Source: the human T2T-CHM13v2.0 reference genome, Homo sapiens
Assembly (NCBI RefSeq): GCF_009914755.1
Contig: NC_060937.1
Direction: 5' to 3' (one strand)
DNA length: 64,000 nucleotides
Of the stretch, positions 12,590 through 26,897 are shown one piece after another (the first letter of the stretch is position 1; every line of letters begins with the position of its first letter). The translations under genes were made by a program, and so were the position numbers. The notes beneath the pieces were generated by a model, which was given only the letters and a program-made list of their open reading frames with translations, ran no database searches and had not been told where the DNA came from.

Positions 12590-15020
12590 CTCATAACACA
12601 CACTGCACACACCACACCATGTGCACACACACCATGTGCACACGTGAAGGGGCGGCCTGCCCCTCCACACTTGTGGGCGTTTCTCATCGGGTGGAACAAG
12701 AGACTTGAGAAAAGAGACACAGAGACAAAGTATAAAGAAAAGTGGGCCCAGGGGAACGGCGCTCAGCATACGGAGGACCCACACCAGCACCAGTCTCTCA
12801 GTTCCCTTAGTATTTATTGATCATTATCAGGCGTTTCTCAGAGAGGGGGATGTGGCAGGACAATAGGGTAATAGTGGAGAGAAGGTCAGCAGGAAAACAT
12901 ATGAACAAATGTCTCTGCATCATAAACAAGGTAAAGAAAAAAGAGCTGTGCTTTTGATGTTCATATACATAAACATCTCAATGCCTTAAAAAGCAGTATT
13001 GTTGCCAGCATGTCCCACCTCCAGCCCTAAGGCAGTTTTCCCCTATCTCAGTAGATGGAATATACAACTGGGCTTTACACTGAGACATTCCATTACCCAG
13101 GGACTAGCAGGAGACAGATGCCTTCCTCTTATCTCAACTGCAAAGAGGCCTTCCTCTTTTACTAATCCTCCCCAGCACAGACCCTTTATCTGTGTCAGGC
13201 TGGGGGATGGTCAGGTCTTTCCCTTCCCATGAGACCATATTTCAGACTATCACATGGGGAGAAACCTTGGACAATACCTGGCTTTCCTAGGCAGAGGTCC
13301 CTGTGGCCTTCCGCAGTGTTTTGTGTCTCTGGGTACTTGAGAGTAGGGAGTGGTGATGACTCTTAACAAGCATGCTGCCTTCAAGCATTTGTCTAACAAA
13401 GCACATCCTGCACAGCCCTTAATCCATTTAACCTTGACTTGACACAGCACATGTCTCAGGGAGCACAGGGTTGGGGGTACGGTTACAGATTAACAGCCTC
13501 TCAAGGCAGAAAAATTTTTCTTAGTACAGAACAAAATGGAGTCTCTTATGTCTACTTCTTTCTACATAGACACAGTAACAGTCTGATCTCTTTCTTTTAC
13601 CCACACACACGCATACACACCCCACACACAGACACCGCACACACGGCACACACACCCCAGACACCACACCCACTGCACACACACCATGTGCACACGCACA
13701 ACCCAGACACCATACACACTGCACATACCTCATGAGCACATGCGCACACATCACACAGACACCACACACTGCACACACACCACACACACACTGCACACAC
13801 ACCATGTGCACAAACACACCACACACTGCACACACACCATGTGCACGCGTACACACCCCACACTGCACGCACACACCCCACAGACACCACACACAACACA
13901 CCATGTGCACACACACCCCACACAGACACCACACACTGCACACACACCCCACCACACTGCACATGCCACACCATGTGTACATGAACACACCACACACACC
14001 ACACCGTGTACACAAGCACACGTGCCCCACGCATACACCACACAGACAGCACACACACTGCACACAGCACACCATGCATACACGCACACACACCCCCACA
14101 CACCACACATACTGCACACACACCATGTACACACGCACACACACCCCACACAGACATCACACACTGCACACACACCATGTATACATGCACACACACCCCC
14201 ACACATCACACACACCACATACCACGTGCACACGCACACACCACAGACACCACACATTGCACACACACCATGTGCACACGCACACACCCCACCACACACA
14301 CATACACTGCACACAGACCAGGTGCACACACGCACACCCCGATACACCACACACACACCATGTGCACACACACACCCCAGACACCACAGACACTGCACAC
14401 ACACCATGTGCACACGCACACACATCCCCACACCACACACTGCACAATGTGCACACACGCATACCCCCCACACACTGCACACACTACACCACACACATGA
14501 ATCTACTACACACACAACATACACATACAGCACCACACACACCCCATACTCCCCACACACATCAAACACACGCCCCACACATACTCCCCACACACTGCAC
14601 ACGTATATATAGCACCACACACACAGAGCACACACATCACATACACACACCACACATACTGTGCACACACATACCACACATTCTACACTCATCACATCAA
14701 ATACTACACACAGTACACACACACCCAGCACCATACACAAACACATCACATAAACCACAAATTGCACACACATATATCACACACACACCACACCACACGT
14801 AGTACACACACACCACACCCACATACACCACAAACACAGCACATATACACACCATGCACCACCCACAAACTACACACAGTATACACACAAAACACCCACA
14901 ATACACACTACACATACATATACATACCCCATGAACCTACTACACACACAGACCACATACACACACCATACATACACATCACACACATACACCTGTGCAC
15001 ACCTCACAGCATACATACAA
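12590..15020. repeat. Degenerate CA-rich low-complexity tract, interrupted by LTR5
   Basis: Recurrent cacactgcacacacaccatgtgcacac motif decaying into (CA/CAT)n; source of all the H/T- and C/V-rich ORFs here. Confidence 0.95.
12645..13605 (-). mobile_element. Solo LTR5 (HERV-K HML-2, LTR5A/B-like)
   Basis: Minus strand begins tgtgggtaaaagaaagagatcagactgttactgtgtctatgtagaaag and ends ggggcaggccgccccttca; 961 bp; 6-bp TSD cacacg at 12639-12644 and 13606-13611. Confidence 0.93.
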
Positions 15021-16576
15021 TGCTCACTTTTGGAAATTAATTTGGCTTTTAAGGGGCCTGGATAGTAAAGTATTTTATTGGCATTTGAATGAACCAAGAA
15101 AATGCATATAAATACACATGCGTAACTATAAGGGCAAAAGTAGTACTTTCGAAATCACAACATTAGATTAAACCATATAATTTTTTATTGTTTTTAAAAA
15201 ATCGAGTCTTTCTCATCTTACGATAAATTATTTACCAGAGTAAATAAGCTTCTTACTGAGGTCAAAAGACTTTCTGGAAAAACTTCTCTTTGATGAAATT
15301 GCACGTAAAACATCACTTCCTTCGTGAAGTATTTAAGATGGTCTTGGTCCTTTTCCTGTTATGTGGAATCGTCAATTCAAATTTTAAAAGTGACTTTGAG
15401 ATGTTTTTCATCTATTATCTAAAAATGTTGAAGGCGTTTTTAATTCTGCCTTCAACAGAGATCAACATACCTCTGATTATGATGTAAAGCTGAACATGTT
15501 ACTCTGACAGGCTTTCTTTTCTCCAGTGCAGCTACCATCATTATTAATAAGGATTGAATGCTTTTACTCCAGGCACAATCTGTATTCCCTGCTTTATAAA
15601 GAACAGAAATCTAATTCTCACTATGAAGGCAGATAAAAGTAATCCCTTCAACCTATAGATGAATCATTTACCAAAGCACTCAGACTTTAAATAGCATTTA
15701 TCAAATGTGTCTATATTTCTACGCAGATTCATAGAAAGAACATGTAGTTTAAATCATTGCACATTTTATGCTTTTAATGAGTTGTGATGGTCATTAGTAT
15801 TTTTATCACATTTCCCCAAAGGTAGGCTAATTACTGTTATTATTTTCAGCTAAAAATATAAAATTAATTTTCTATTTTTGAAGACTTTGAAACATAATCC
15901 TTGGAATATAATATCTGTGTATAATATCTGTGGAAAGCATGAAAGTAACATTCAAACTGTATGCATTTTTTCCAGAATGAAAATTTACTCTACAATAACA
16001 TTCATCATTTTTTCCTGATGGGCACATAAAAGTCAACATTTCTAACATTGCTGGACGTTATTTACATTAAACTTGCCTCAGATTCTGGTGTTGCAGAAAG
16101 TGGACAAGAGGCTACAAGGTACACAATACACACACACACACACACACACACACAAAACTTGTATTATTATACTTACCTAAGTGTCTAAAGAGGTGGATAA
16201 ATATATTAGATTGCTCCAGAACAAGGATTTTTATGGGGCCTATTGGAAAGTATGACTGCAGTTTGAGTGAGATGCCTGTAAGAGATTCAATTTTGCCACT
16301 AATAGAGTATCCAATTTTAAAAATACTGACAGAAGGGTCATGAGATAGACATTTTCACCTAGATCTATTGGAAATATGCTACTAGATTCTGTAGTGAAAA
16401 GACTGGTGCGGTAATTGTAAAACACATCTGATATCTAAACCTTTGTTTTTTACCTGAAATCCTTATGGGGGTGATTGTGTATGTCAATTTGAATCTTCCC
16501 ATCAACAAGATAAATAAATACATAAATAAACAGCCAGTCTGCCTGTATAAATTAGTTCACCTTTTCTATATTTTGA

Positions 16577-16922
16577 GGGCAGTGCTTCTCCTCCTTTGAC
16601 AGCCACAAGATTCACCCGGGGATCCCTTAAAATGCAAAACCATAGACCACACTTTGACTAGCTTGGATAAGGGGCCACAGCATTGAAATGAGTGTGTAGG
16701 TGACTGTGCTGAGATTCTCCTGCTCATTTGGGCACTGGCTCACTATATAAACAAAGCTTAGGACCTCTAGTCCTTGCCGGAAAAGAAATACACATACATA
16801 GGATGTGACTGTGCATATGGAATATCTGTTGTGTTCTGGACATTGTGCTAGACAACAGAGATAAGAAGTCAAATAATCCCTTGTCTCTATCTGAAAAGAG
16901 CTTCCTATGCACTGGCTTCTGA
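16577..16922 (-). repeat. Left arm of a diverged ~340-bp inverted duplication
   Basis: Reverse complement of 18427-18762 (catagaccacactttgactagc / gctagtcaaagtgtggtctatg; gactgtgcatatggaat / attccatatgcacagtc). Confidence 0.9.
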
Positions 16923-17149
16923 GGTCTTTGAAACTAGATTCACTTTCAGATTTGATTATTATATTTATGATTTGATATTTTCATTGAACCCCATGATATG
17001 ATAAAGTTTTCCAGAACCTGCTAGAATAATTGACTTTCCTCTCAGCATTATGAAGCCACTGGGGCACATAAGTAGTTCATTTATGTTTCTGTTTAACCAG
17101 ACAGGAATAACTTGAGCTACTTTTCTAGACAATTTTGTTTAGAGCTGTT

Positions 17150-17420
17150 TTTGTTATTTTTGTTTGTTTTTGAGACGGGTCTCACTCTGTCACCTAGGCT
17201 GAAATGCAGTGGTGTGACCAGAGCTCACTGCAGCCTCTACCTTCTGGGCTCAAGCAATCCTCTCACCTCAGCCTCCTGAAAAGCTGGGACCCACAGGCTC
17301 ATACCACCATACCCTCCTAATTAAAAATATTTTTTTTTTAGAGACAGTTTTTCCATGTTTCTTAGACTTGTCTCCAACTCTTGAACTTAAGCAATCTGCT
17401 TGCCTCAGCCTCCTAAAGTG
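17150..17420 (-). mobile_element. Alu (J-like)
   Basis: Reverse Alu dimer. Confidence 0.9.
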
Positions 17421-17824
17421 TAGAGCTGTGTTTTCATCTTTTCTTGAGCTGTTTTACAATCCAGTTTTGAATTTGTAAGTTTGGATTCATTCTGACATTT
17501 ACAGATTTTACATCCTACTTCACAAGATGCTCATAGCCTTAATCCATTACAGCCGCTGCCTCATCCATCTCTGCTCATAGCCTTGATCTATTACAGTTGC
17601 CACCTCGTCCATCTCTGCTCATAGCCTAAACTAATGGAAGCCAGAGGGAACAAATGGAAGCCAATGTGAGATCAGAACACACATTTTATAAGAGTATAAG
17701 AAATTTAAATATAGCAAAGTATATCATGAAGTTTGTAAAAGATGTGATGGCTAAAATTTATTCTTAATCAATATATTCTATAAATTGGGAGAAAATATTA
17801 AACACATGAAAAATAAGGAACCTG

Positions 17825-18135
<311 letters not shown>

Positions 18136-18426
18136 TCATCATTAATATATATATTAACTAATATGACAAGAATGTGGTTTATGTTTTTATCTTTGCAAGA
18201 TTTAGGAACACTTAGTGGAAGGAGGAAGAATTTATAATCATGGGGAGCCTGTATGATACTGGAGGGAGGCTTCTGACAAGGCATCAAGAGGTATGCTATG
18301 GTCATAGCTATGTGGGAGCACAGCTAGCTATGATCTCCCCCATCAAACCCGCTGGGCAGTGTTCAGTTACCAACATTGAGATAGAGCTCACCCACCCAGG
18401 ACAGAAGAGAAAATATACACTGCAGT

Positions 18427-18762
18427 CAGAAGCCACTGTGTAGGAAGCTCCTTTCAGAAAGAGGCAAGGGATATTTGACTTTTTATCTCTAGTGTCTAGT
18501 ACAATGTCGAGAACGCAACAGACATTCCATATGCACAGTCATATCCTATGTATCTGTATTTCTTTTCCAGCAGGGACTGGAGGTCCTAAGCTTCGTTCAT
18601 ATGGTAAGCCAGTGCCCACATGAACAGTAGGATCTTAGCACTGTCACCTGGACATCCATTTAAATGCTCTTGTCTTAGCTAGTCAAAGTGTGGTCTATGA
18701 GTTTGCATTTTAATAAGATTCCAGGGTGAATCTTGTGCATGTTACAGGGAAGCACTGTCCTA
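18427..18762 (+). repeat. Right arm of the inverted duplication, running into the minisatellite
   Basis: Reverse complement of 16577-16922. Confidence 0.9.
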
Positions 18763-19935
18763 CATCATATGTGACAGGTTCTCATAGTCACCATCATCAC
18801 GGGAATCTTGCACACGTTACAGGGAAGCACTGTCCTACATCACATGTGACAGGCTCTCATAGTCACCATCATCACAGGAATCTTGTGCATGTTACAGGGA
18901 AGCACTGTCCTACATCGTATCAGACAGGCTCTCATAGTCACAATCCTGTCGGGAATCTTGTGCTTGTTACAGAGGAAGCACTGTCCTACATCATATGTGA
19001 CAGGCCATCATAGTCACCATCATCACGGGAATCTTGTGCATATTAAAGGGAAGCACTGTCCTACATAGTATCTGACAGGTTCTCAAAGTCACCATCATCA
19101 CGGGAATCCTGTGCATGTTACAGGGAAGCATTGTCCTACATCATATGTGACAGGCTGTCATAGTCACCATCATCACGGGAATGTTGTGCATGTTACAGGG
19201 AAGCACTGTCCCACATCATATGTGACAGGCTCTCATAGTCACCATCATCACGGGAATCTTGTGCATGTTACAGGGAAGCACTGCCCTACATCATGTGTGA
19301 CAGGCTCTCATAGTCACCATCATCACGGGAATCTTGCACACGTTACAGGGAAGCACTGTCCTACATCATATGTGACAGGCTGTCATAGTCACCATCATCA
19401 CGGGAATCTTGTGCATGTTACAGGGAAGCACTGTTCTACATAGTATCTGACAGGCTCTCATAGTCAACATCATCATGGGAATCTTGGGCATGTTACAGGG
19501 AAGCACTGTCCTACATCATATGTGACAGGCTCTCATAGTCACCATCATCACGGGAATCTTGCACACGTTACAGGGAAGCACTGTCGTACATCATATATGA
19601 CAGGCTGTCATAGTCACCATCATCATGGGAATCTTGTGCATGTTACAGGGAAACACTGTCCTACATCATATGTGACAGGATCAAATAGTCACCATCATCA
19701 CGGGAATCTTGTGCATATTAAAGGGAAGCACTGTCCTACATAGTATCTGACAGGCTGTCATAGTCACCATCCCATCATCACAGGAATCTTGTGCATGTTA
19801 CAGGGAAGCACTGTTCTATATAGTATCTGACAGGGTCTCATAGTCACCATCATCACGGGACTCTTGCACACGTTACAGGGAAGCACTATCCCACATCATG
19901 TGACAGGCTCTCATAGTCACCATCACCAGGGGAAG
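18724..19935 (+). repeat. Minisatellite, ~16 copies of a 75-bp unit
   Basis: Unit gggaatcttgtgcatgttacagggaagcactgtcctacatcatatgtgacaggctctcatagtcaccatcatcac recurs every 75 bp (one 76-bp and one 80-bp unit). Confidence 0.97.
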
Positions 19936-21149
19936 CTGCATTTAGAGCATTTAACTATATGGGCTCTGAAATCAGATAACTTAGGATTAGACTTACTTCT
20001 ACTTCTTACTAAGCAGAGAACTCTGGGGTGAAAACTTTACGAGACCCAGTTTTATCATGTCCAAATAGGAGGCATGGTGAAATTATAGCATTTTGCATAG
20101 AATATTGTTTTAAGTATAAAATGAAATAGTACATAGTAAGCTTCTGCCATACACTGACTGCACAATAAATAGTAGTTAATAGTAACTCATTTAATTCTAA
20201 GGTCTATAAATTTGTGCACAATAATTTTTTGTGACTACCCAAATTTTCATAATTAGTCTAGATTTAAAATCAAGGAATGTTCTTATGTGTAGTTGGCAAT
20301 CAATATGACATGCCAAAATTATATGTAAGTATTTTATTGATGGTAGGGATATAATAAATTTACCATCAAAAGAGAAACGATAATCTATGTTTGCAGACTC
20401 CAGAAAGCTGTCTCTCACATAAGAATTTGCAATTTCTGGGGGAAAAGAAAAAGTTGATTGTGCAAATAAACATTACCATGGAGTCTTCTCTATGGCAACA
20501 TCAAAAATGAAAGCTGATTCTCATCTTCCTAACAATCTGCAAAGATGAGAGAAACACAACCTACTGAGCATCAAGTTAAAGAAGGAGAGAATTTGAGTGG
20601 CACAGGAGGAAATCATGTCACCGCTAGCAAAATCAATATGACCAGTGCTCCTCTGCCCTCCTCCGAGGCTAAGGATGGGTTAAATATCAGTGGCTGACCT
20701 CAGGTAATGGAATGAGCAAAAAAGCTATAAAAATGCATGCATTACATAATTAAGAGGGTGGGAAGGGATTTTTTTAAAAAGGCAATTCCTACTTGGGTTC
20801 CTTCCTGTTCACCCCATTGGCGAAGAAGCTAGCCTTGTCCTAGAATTCTGGGAATGGCTGCAGACAAAACACTGAGCAGACGAAATTCCCAGTAATTTAC
20901 TCGTCACACATACTCAGCCAGGGGGATGACACTGCATTTATGCAGGTCTACCCAGGCTTGCACTCTGGAACAGAGGGTGTGGGAGGAAGGCTTGGTAGAA
21001 GTCAGAGGGTGGGGTAACCCCTGGTCCCTTCAGGGATGTGCTTGACTAATTCAGAGTTTTGCAGTCTGGTGGGGGCATGAAAGTCATTAGGCTGAGGACA
21101 TGGTGGGGTGCTGCATGAAATTTTAGGTGTCACAATACAATTGACCCCT

Positions 21150-22800
21150 GATGCTTTAACATCAGACATTTATTTTCATGATGACTAATATTTTGAGAGG
21201 CTGAGAGAAAGCTGCTGAGACATTGTAATAAGTGCTTAGGGACATGAGAAATTAGGAAGGCCACAGTTATGAGTAATGTAATGTGGAAACCGATGCAAAT
21301 CTACTGCCCCCATTTATTTAGCAGGAGGCAGGAAAAGTGATCTGGGGTCTCTGGCAGCACAAGCCTGTTCGTAAATATTTGGGTGACGTCATGCATTCCC
21401 CATGCATTGGTTTAGAGATCTGGGGTCTCTGGCAGCACAAGCGTGTTCATAAATATTTGGGTGACGTCATGCATCCCCCATGCATTGGTTTTCATGTCTC
21501 CAGTGAGTTGTTGGGCAAGTCTGATATTACTGATCCACACGCAGCAGGCAGCTTCCTGTACGGAGCTACCTCTACCCCTTGGACAGTCCAGGACTGAATG
21601 GTTGTCAAAAATGTGAACTCCTTGATGTCCAGTAAAGGCAACTGAGGGAACTGTGTAGCACTGGTGTAAAGAGTGCCCTTTCCTAAGAAGCATGAACTTA
21701 AGAGTAATCAAAGCCTGTGGCAACAGTGGAACCCAGCAGGGCATCCACTCACTGCTTTGTAACTTAAATAGGAATTCTTTGAGGAGCTCAGTCTATCTCT
21801 CAACTAAAGCAGCTGCCTGCAGCCTATAGGGGCAGTAGAAGCCCTACTGGACACTTTCACAAGCCTAGCACTGTGTTTTCTGATGAAATGTTGCCTTGGT
21901 CACCATCAGTAGTGTCTGGAACTCTCCACAGGGGATAAGGAGTGTCCCTGTGAGATCCGTACTGTGTCCTTGGTTAAAAAAAGGCATCTGTTACCTTGAC
22001 TGTATTCTGAGTATCCATGAGGCAAGAAGTTTCTTTAATTCAATGGGGAGGGAAGGTGGAGAATTCTTGGCAATTGCCAAAAATTTGTAAAAATGTACAA
22101 ATGGGGCTAATTGTTGGCCCAGCATCAGTGCTGAGATGATCACCTCAAGTTTGGCCAGTTGTGCTGAGGCTTTGGTGTCATCCTTTATCAGGGACATCGT
22201 AGCTAAGCGAGGGAAGGCAGCAGCATCCCACTGAGCTCCATCACGTCAGATGATGGCATCCATTCAGAAGGTGGACGAACTTCACTGCTGGTCACTCAGT
22301 CGATCCCAAGGGGCCTCGGAGATGGCTGACTTCCAGCAACACAGACTGAGGATGAAGGAGGCCAGTGTTTCCTGCAGATGAGAATGGCAGGGGGTCCAGG
22401 TTTGACTCCATCCTGACGCAAGGAGGTCTCTGCAGCTGTGCCAAGGCTGTGGGGTGCTGCTTCCCAAGGCCTGATGGCCAGATGGGCATGAAGGCTCGTG
22501 GACATGGATGCAGAGCCCTCTGTTTCCAGAGGGTCCAGCATGTGGTCAGCAATCACTGCCCTGATGCTGTACAGAACAGGGTCAAAAGGGGCAGGTTTGT
22601 TTTTTACATCAGAAGCCCATGGACTACTTATGGCCACCATATGCAACCCAGATACTTCAGGAGGCATAGGAAGAGTTTGCTAAAGCATCCACAGTGTGTT
22701 CTCTGAGGGAATTCATAGGAGTACCTGTTAATTTAATCGGACAGATTCCAGACTTGTTGGAGGAGGCTTCATTCAAGGTGGGTCAGTTTGCCAATGACAG
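21150..22800 (-). mobile_element. Highly decayed class III (ERVL-like) internal pol remnant
   Basis: Minus frame near 22130-22250 reads GAQWDAAAFPRLATMSLIKDDTKASAQLAKLEVII, resembling ERVL RNase H (WTAAA...LKDSGEGKSSQWAEL); boundaries uncertain. Confidence 0.55.
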
Positions 22801-22871
22801 CATCAGTGAGATTAAGTAAGATTTGTAAATAAGAAATATATTGTCACCTGAACCCCAAGTAAAGAATTAAA

Positions 22872-23174
<303 letters not shown>

Positions 23175-23624
23175 TTAAAGAATATTAGGCTTGTATTAAC
23201 ATTTTGGATGCTGAGAGGATGAATAGCTATTTTTTGAAAGTCTCAGGAATAGGGCAGCCCCATATTTACCAAGGAATTTTCAGGAATTGAAGCAAAGTGG
23301 CAGGGCCTTGCACTACTGTGTTGGGAAAGGTCCATTCCCTTTGTGTAAGCCTCCTTGTATCTGTGTGTCCTTAGTGTGTAAAATGAATTTTCTCTGAGAA
23401 TGAGGTCATCAGTATAATGTCACACCTGTGCTCCTGTAGAAAGGTGGTTGCAGTGAGATCTTGTCTGTGAAGATTGCATGCAGTGACAAGGCTGCCGAGG
23501 CACTCCGTGGGTCGCCTGGTCCCTTCAGAGACGAAGGCAGCCTATGACTGAGACTCTGTTAAAATAGGCACAAAAATAACATGGTAGCCAAATCTATAAC
23601 AACAAAATATTTATCAGTTGCATG

Positions 23625-24053
23625 AATATATATAGGTTTATTGTAAGGAATTGGCTCATGTGGTTATGGAGGCTAAGAGGTCCCAGGACCTGCAGTCAGC
23701 AAGCTGGAGAACCAGGACTGCCAATGTTGGAGTTCCAGTCCAAGCCTAACGTCCTGAGAACCAGGGAAGCTGATGGCATAAGTTACAGTCCACGTCTGAC
23801 TTCAAAGGCGAGAGAAAGTCTATGTCTCAGCTCTGAAATCATCAAAGAGAGTGAATTCTCTCTTCCTCTACCCTTGTGTTTTATTTGGGATTTAATGGAT
23901 TGGATGAGGCCCACTCACACTGGGGAGGGCAACTACTTTACTAAGTCTACATATTCAAATGTTCGTCTCATCAAGGAACACCCTCACAGACACATCCAGT
24001 GTGTTTAACCAAATATCTAGGCAACCCAACTTGGCAAATAAAATTAACCATCA
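23625..24053 (-). mobile_element. MLT2-type LTR (ERVL)
   Basis: Minus strand starts tgatggttaattttat...agatatttggttaaac; plus strand has gaattggctcatgtggttatggaggct. Confidence 0.8.
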
Positions 24054-24084
24054 TAAGGTGAAAGAGGTATACAATCTGAAGAGA

Positions 24085-26642
24085 AACCAGGAATGCAGGA
24101 TGGTTAAACATCTGCAAGTCAATAAATGTGATACACCATATAAACAGAATTAAAAACAAAAATCACATGATCCTCTCAATACATGCAGAAAAAGGATTTG
24201 ACAAAATCCATCATCCCTTTATGCCTAAAACCCTCAGCAAAATTGACATAGAAAAAGCATTTGACAAAATCCAGAATCCCTTTATGATTAAAACCCTCAG
24301 CAAAATCAACATCGAAGGGACATACCTTAAGGTAATAAAAGCCATATATGACAAACACACAGCCAACATTATATGGAATGGGGAAAAGTTGAAAGCATTC
24401 CCCCTGAGAACTGGAACAAGACAATGATGCCAACTTTCACCACTTCTATTCAACATAGTACTGGAAGTCCTCGCCAGAGCAATCAGATAAGAGAAATAAA
24501 GGGCATCCAAATAGGTAAAGAGGAAGTCGAACTGTCACTCTTTGCTGATGACATGATCGTATACCTAGAAAACCCTAAAGACTCATCCCAAAAGCTACTA
24601 GAACTGGTAAATGATTTCAGCAAAGTTTCAGGATAAAAAATTAATGTACACAAGTCAGTGGCTCTGCTATACAGTAATAGTGAACAAGCTGAGAATTAAA
24701 CAAAAAACTCACTCCCTTTTACAATAGCTGCAATAAAACCCTTAGGAATATTATAATTCCTATAATTATAATAGTATATTCCTATAATTGTCAATTGCAT
24801 GCAATCTTTGCAGACAAAATCTTAATTATATCCAGAATACTTAACCAAAGAGACAAAAGACCTCTACAAGGAAAACTACAAAACACTGCTGATAGAGATC
24901 ATAGATACAAACAAATGGAAACACATCCCATGCTCACAGATGGGGAAAATCAATATTGTGAAAATACCATACTGCCAAAAGCAATCTACAAACTCAATGC
25001 AATCCCCATTAAAGTACCAACATCAGTCTTCACAGAACTACAAAAATTCACACAGAACTAAAAAAGACACAGAAGGGACATAACTTAAGGTAGTAAAAGC
25101 CTAGAACCAAAAAAGAGTCTGTATAGCCAAAGCAAGACTAAGCAAAAATAACAAATCTAGAAGCCGACTTCAAACTATACTAGAAGGCCATAGTCACCAA
25201 AACAGCATGGTACTGGTATAAAAATAGCCATAAAGATCAATGGAACATAATAGAGAACACAGAAATAAAGCCAAATACTTACAGTCATCTAATCTTCAAC
25301 AAAACAAACAAAAACATAAAGCAGAGAAAGAATACCCTATTCAACAAATGGTGCTGAGATAAATGTCAAGCCACACATAGAAGAATGAAAGTGGATGCTC
25401 ATTTCTCACCCTATTCGAAAATCAACTCAAGATGGATTAAGGACTTAAATCTAATACCTGAAACCATAAAAATTCTAGAAGACGACATTGGAAAAAACCG
25501 TCTAGACATTGGCTTAGGCAAAGACTTCATGACCAATAACCCAAAAAGCAAATGCAACTAAAACAAAGATAAATAGATGAGACTTAATTAAACTAAAAGT
25601 CTTCTGCGCAGTAAGAGAAATAATCAGCAGAGTAAACAGATAACCTACAGAGTGGGAGAAAATCTTCACAATCTGTACTTCTGATTAAAGGACTAATACC
25701 CAGAATCTGCAGGAACTCAAACAAACCAGCAAGAAAAACATCCCATCAAAAAGTGGGCTATGGACATGAACAGACAATTCTTAAAAGAAGATAAGCAACT
25801 GGCCAACAAACATGAAAAAATGCTCAGCATAACTAATTATCAGGGAAATGCAAATCAAAACCATAATACAATATGATATCCCTTCACTCCTGCAAGAATG
25901 GTCATAATCAAAAAATCAAAAACTAATAGATGTTGACATGGATGTGATAAAAAGGGAACACTTTTACACTTTTTTGAGGGAATGTTAACTAGTACAACAG
26001 CTATGGAAAACAGTGAAGAGATTTCCAAAGAAGTAAAAGCAGATCTATCATTTGATCCAGTAATTCCACTCCTGGGTATCTACTCAGAGGAAAATAAGTC
26101 ATTATGTGAAAAAGATACTTGCACACACATGTTTATAGCAGCACAATATGCAATTAGAAGAATTTGAAACCAGCCTAAATGCCTATCAATCAGTAAGTGG
26201 ATAAAGAAAATGTAGTATAAATATTTACCACATGGAATACTACTCAGCCATAAGATGGAATGAAATAATGCATTCACAGCAACCTGGATGAAACTGGACA
26301 CCATTATTCTAAATGAATCAACTTAGGAATGGAAAACCAAACATTGTATGTTCTCATTCATAAGTGAGAGCTAAGCTATGAGGATGCAAAGGCATAAGAA
26401 TGATACAATGGTCTTCGGAGACTCAGGGAAAGGCTGGGAGTGGTGGGGTGGGTGCGGTGAGGGATAAAACACTACACAATGGGTACAGTGTACACTGCTT
26501 GGGTGATGCGTGCACCACAAATCTCAGAAATCGCCACTAAACAACTTATTCCTGTAACCAAAAACCACCTGTTTCCCAAAAACCTATTGAAATAAAAAGA
26601 AAACCAACATATTCCCCAAAAACCTATTGCAATAAAAAAAAT
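24085..26642 (+). mobile_element. LINE-1 (L1PB-like) ORF2 RT region to 3' end
   Basis: ORF remnants ([25 protein letters not shown]); 3'UTR gggtacagtgtacactgcttgggtgatg...aaaaacctattgaaataaaa. Confidence 0.93.
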
Positions 26643-26897
26643 TAACCACAATATTAGGCATTGGGTATGAGGGCCTGAATGGATGGGAGCACTGCAGTCA
26701 CATTACAGTAATCCACTGTGAAACACTATTTATTATTTGCAGGTTTAAGAACAGGCCAAATTCTACTGCTAAACGTTGAAGCAATGAGGATGATCACCCC
26801 TTCACTAATTAATTAGGTATTATATAATACGTTTTATTTATTTGAAGTCATGTTGTAATTTATGTTGGATCATATTTGATAATTTATCAAGATGGGG

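Noticed and set aside
13521-15097. Long ORFs up to 356 aa on both strands
   Set aside because: Translations of a CA/TG low-complexity tract that lacks stop codons.
15471-15652. Possible minus-strand exon (tatag|...GAG|gtatgt)
   Set aside because: Weak polypyrimidine tract and no recognisable product; such site pairs arise by chance.
18724-19935. CRISPR-like regular array, or a His/Cys-rich metal-binding repeat protein (HVTGKHCPTSYVTGSHSHHHHGNL)
   Set aside because: The whole unit repeats with no unique spacers and no cas genes. The frame follows from 75 being divisible by 3 and is broken by TAG variants and the 76- and 80-bp units.
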